From Polyangia bacterium (lineage in GTDB: Bacteria > Myxococcota_A > Polyangia > JAAYKL01), in the NCBI GenBank assembly GCA_046484285.1, contig JAWOBP010000186.1:10178-74177 (forward strand): a stretch of DNA of 64,000 nucleotides, written 5' to 3'. This document shows, in pieces, positions 63,089 to 64,000 of this stretch (its first letter is position 1; every line of letters begins with the position of its first letter). Under the pieces are notes generated by a model that was not told the origin of the DNA, made no database searches, and saw only the letters and a program-made list of their open reading frames with translations. The translations under genes were made by a program, and so were the position numbers.

Positions 63089-64000
63089 CTACTCGACGGT
63101 GTAGTCGCCCTCGCAGACCCCGACTTCGAGGATGATGTACAAAAGGACGTACTCCTGGGGGATCAGCTGGTCGCCGCTGTCCGGCGAGGTCTCGTAGACC
63201 GAGTAGAAGATCTTGCCGCAGTCGTAGTTGTAGGTCGCCATCAGCGGCGAGCCCTGGTACTCGTCGCCGGCGCTGCCGTCCACCCAGGAGTAAGGCGTGA
63301 CCACGAAATCGTCCTCTTCCAGGCCGTGACCGTCGTCGGTCGGCACCAGCGCGTCGATCTTGGTGTAGCCGTTGACGAACGGCACGTGGTCCGGGTCTGA
63401 GCTGGGGAGCACCACCTCCAGCCACTCGCGCAGATCCGGGTCGTTGATCGTTCCGGTGGAGTCGTGCGCGGTGCTGAACAGCCGGCCCACGTCCCACCTC
63501 GATTCCTCGTCCGACCCGTACAGATCGATGTAGGCGGGGAAGGGCCGCTCGGTCCAGTAGGAGACGCAGCAGGAGTTGTAGATCTTGCCGCCCGCCGACA
63601 CGTAGCTGCGGATCATCTCGGCGTGCTGGTCGACGAACGCCACGCCGGTCGCGCTGGCGTAGCAGGGCAGGAAGATCATGTGGTAGTGGTCGAGCGTCTC
63701 CTGGTCGTAGAAGAGCTCGGTGGAGTTGGGGTAGCCGGACTGCGCGACATCGTCGTTGAAGGCATCGAACTTCTCGGTGCCGAACACCAGGTCGCCGCCC
63801 GAGGTCTCGCCCAGGCCGAACTTGGCCAGCAGGTTGAACGCCTCGTCCGGGTAGGAGAGCAGCACGGCGTAGTTGGGAATCTGGTCCAGGCCGTCGGAGC
63901 TGTTCTCAAAAGGCAGCGTGGTGTGCTCGAGCGGTACCTGGAGGTCCTGGTCGGCTTCGACGTTGATCGCCCGCTGGCGCTGGAAGAATCCCTTGCGCAC
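63089..64000 (-). CDS. secreted protein of unknown function, C-terminal part (gene continues past window end)
   Basis: Open reverse frame to the window edge; stop at 63089; no recognised motifs. Confidence 0.4.
   Translation of the reverse strand: MRKGFFQRQRAINVEADQDLQVPLEHTTLPFENSSDGLDQIPNYAVLLSYPDEAFNLLAKFGLGETSGGDLVFGTEKFDAFNDDVAQSGYPNSTELFYDQETLDHYHMIFLPCYASATGVAFVDQHAEMIRSYVSAGGKIYNSCCVSYWTERPFPAYIDLYGSDEESRWDVGRLFSTAHDSTGTINDPDLREWLEVVLPSSDPDHVPFVNGYTKIDALVPTDDGHGLEEDDFVVTPYSWVDGSAGDEYQGSPLMATYNYDCGKIFYSVYETSPDSGDQLIPQEYVLLYIILEVGVCEGDYTVE

Overview
GC-rich bacterial chromosomal window, densely coding on both strands. The gene content (ECF sigma/anti-sigma pairs, TPR lipoproteins, Agl/Glt-like Tol-type machinery, multihaem cytochromes, Asp-Thr repeat lipoproteins) points to a delta-proteobacterial / Myxococcota-like lineage. 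All calls below come from reading the six-frame translations and the raw sequence; no database search was run. Many of the long ORFs in the supplied track are antisense artefacts of the high GC content and were ignored.

Window layout:

- (i) 1-4340: accessory-looking stretch with an MFS transporter fragment, a DUF4143 AAA ATPase, an RHH-PIN toxin-antitoxin pair, and a four-helix-bundle (rRNA-IVS-type) protein embedded in 9-bp tandem repeats.
- (ii) 4339-11734: GGDEF-GAF diguanylate cyclase, then an operon of sensor histidine kinase / TPP-dependent enzyme / split citrate-synthase-like pair.
- (iii) 12134-23121: lipoprotein, FabH-like KAS III, alanine:cation symporter, a 1423-aa fused BadF/BcrAD-type activase plus dehydratase-like protein, ECF sigma plus zinc-finger anti-sigma.
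- (iv) 23379-38187: 11-gene envelope-machinery cluster with three TPR proteins, MotA/TolQ, two ExbD/TolR, a TonB-C-like membrane protein, an OM barrel and a Wza-like protein, resembling the Agl/Glt gliding-motility (Tol-like) core.
- (v) 38290-46562: standalone RHH, alpha/beta hydrolase, DinG-type helicase, VapBC module with palindromic operator, a clear cobalamin riboswitch driving an Asp-Thr-repeat mini-lipoprotein upstream of RtcB-DUF89, and a 5'-truncated IS200-like HuH transposase.
- (vi) 46916-50865: three lipoproteins (hypothetical, VWA, metallophosphoesterase). The last two share an identical extended -10 motif.
- (vii) 50979-63076: periplasmic [NiFe] hydrogenase (small, large, protease; no cytochrome b) directly preceded by a lipoprotein-cytochrome / OM-barrel / 13-haem-cytochrome module. 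Divergently there is an 11-haem cytochrome lipoprotein split by a single in-frame TGA, a tandem-rhodanese lipoprotein, a small Lys-rich cytochrome and a zinc-ribbon coiled-coil protein.

No rRNA, tRNA or CRISPR array was recognised.
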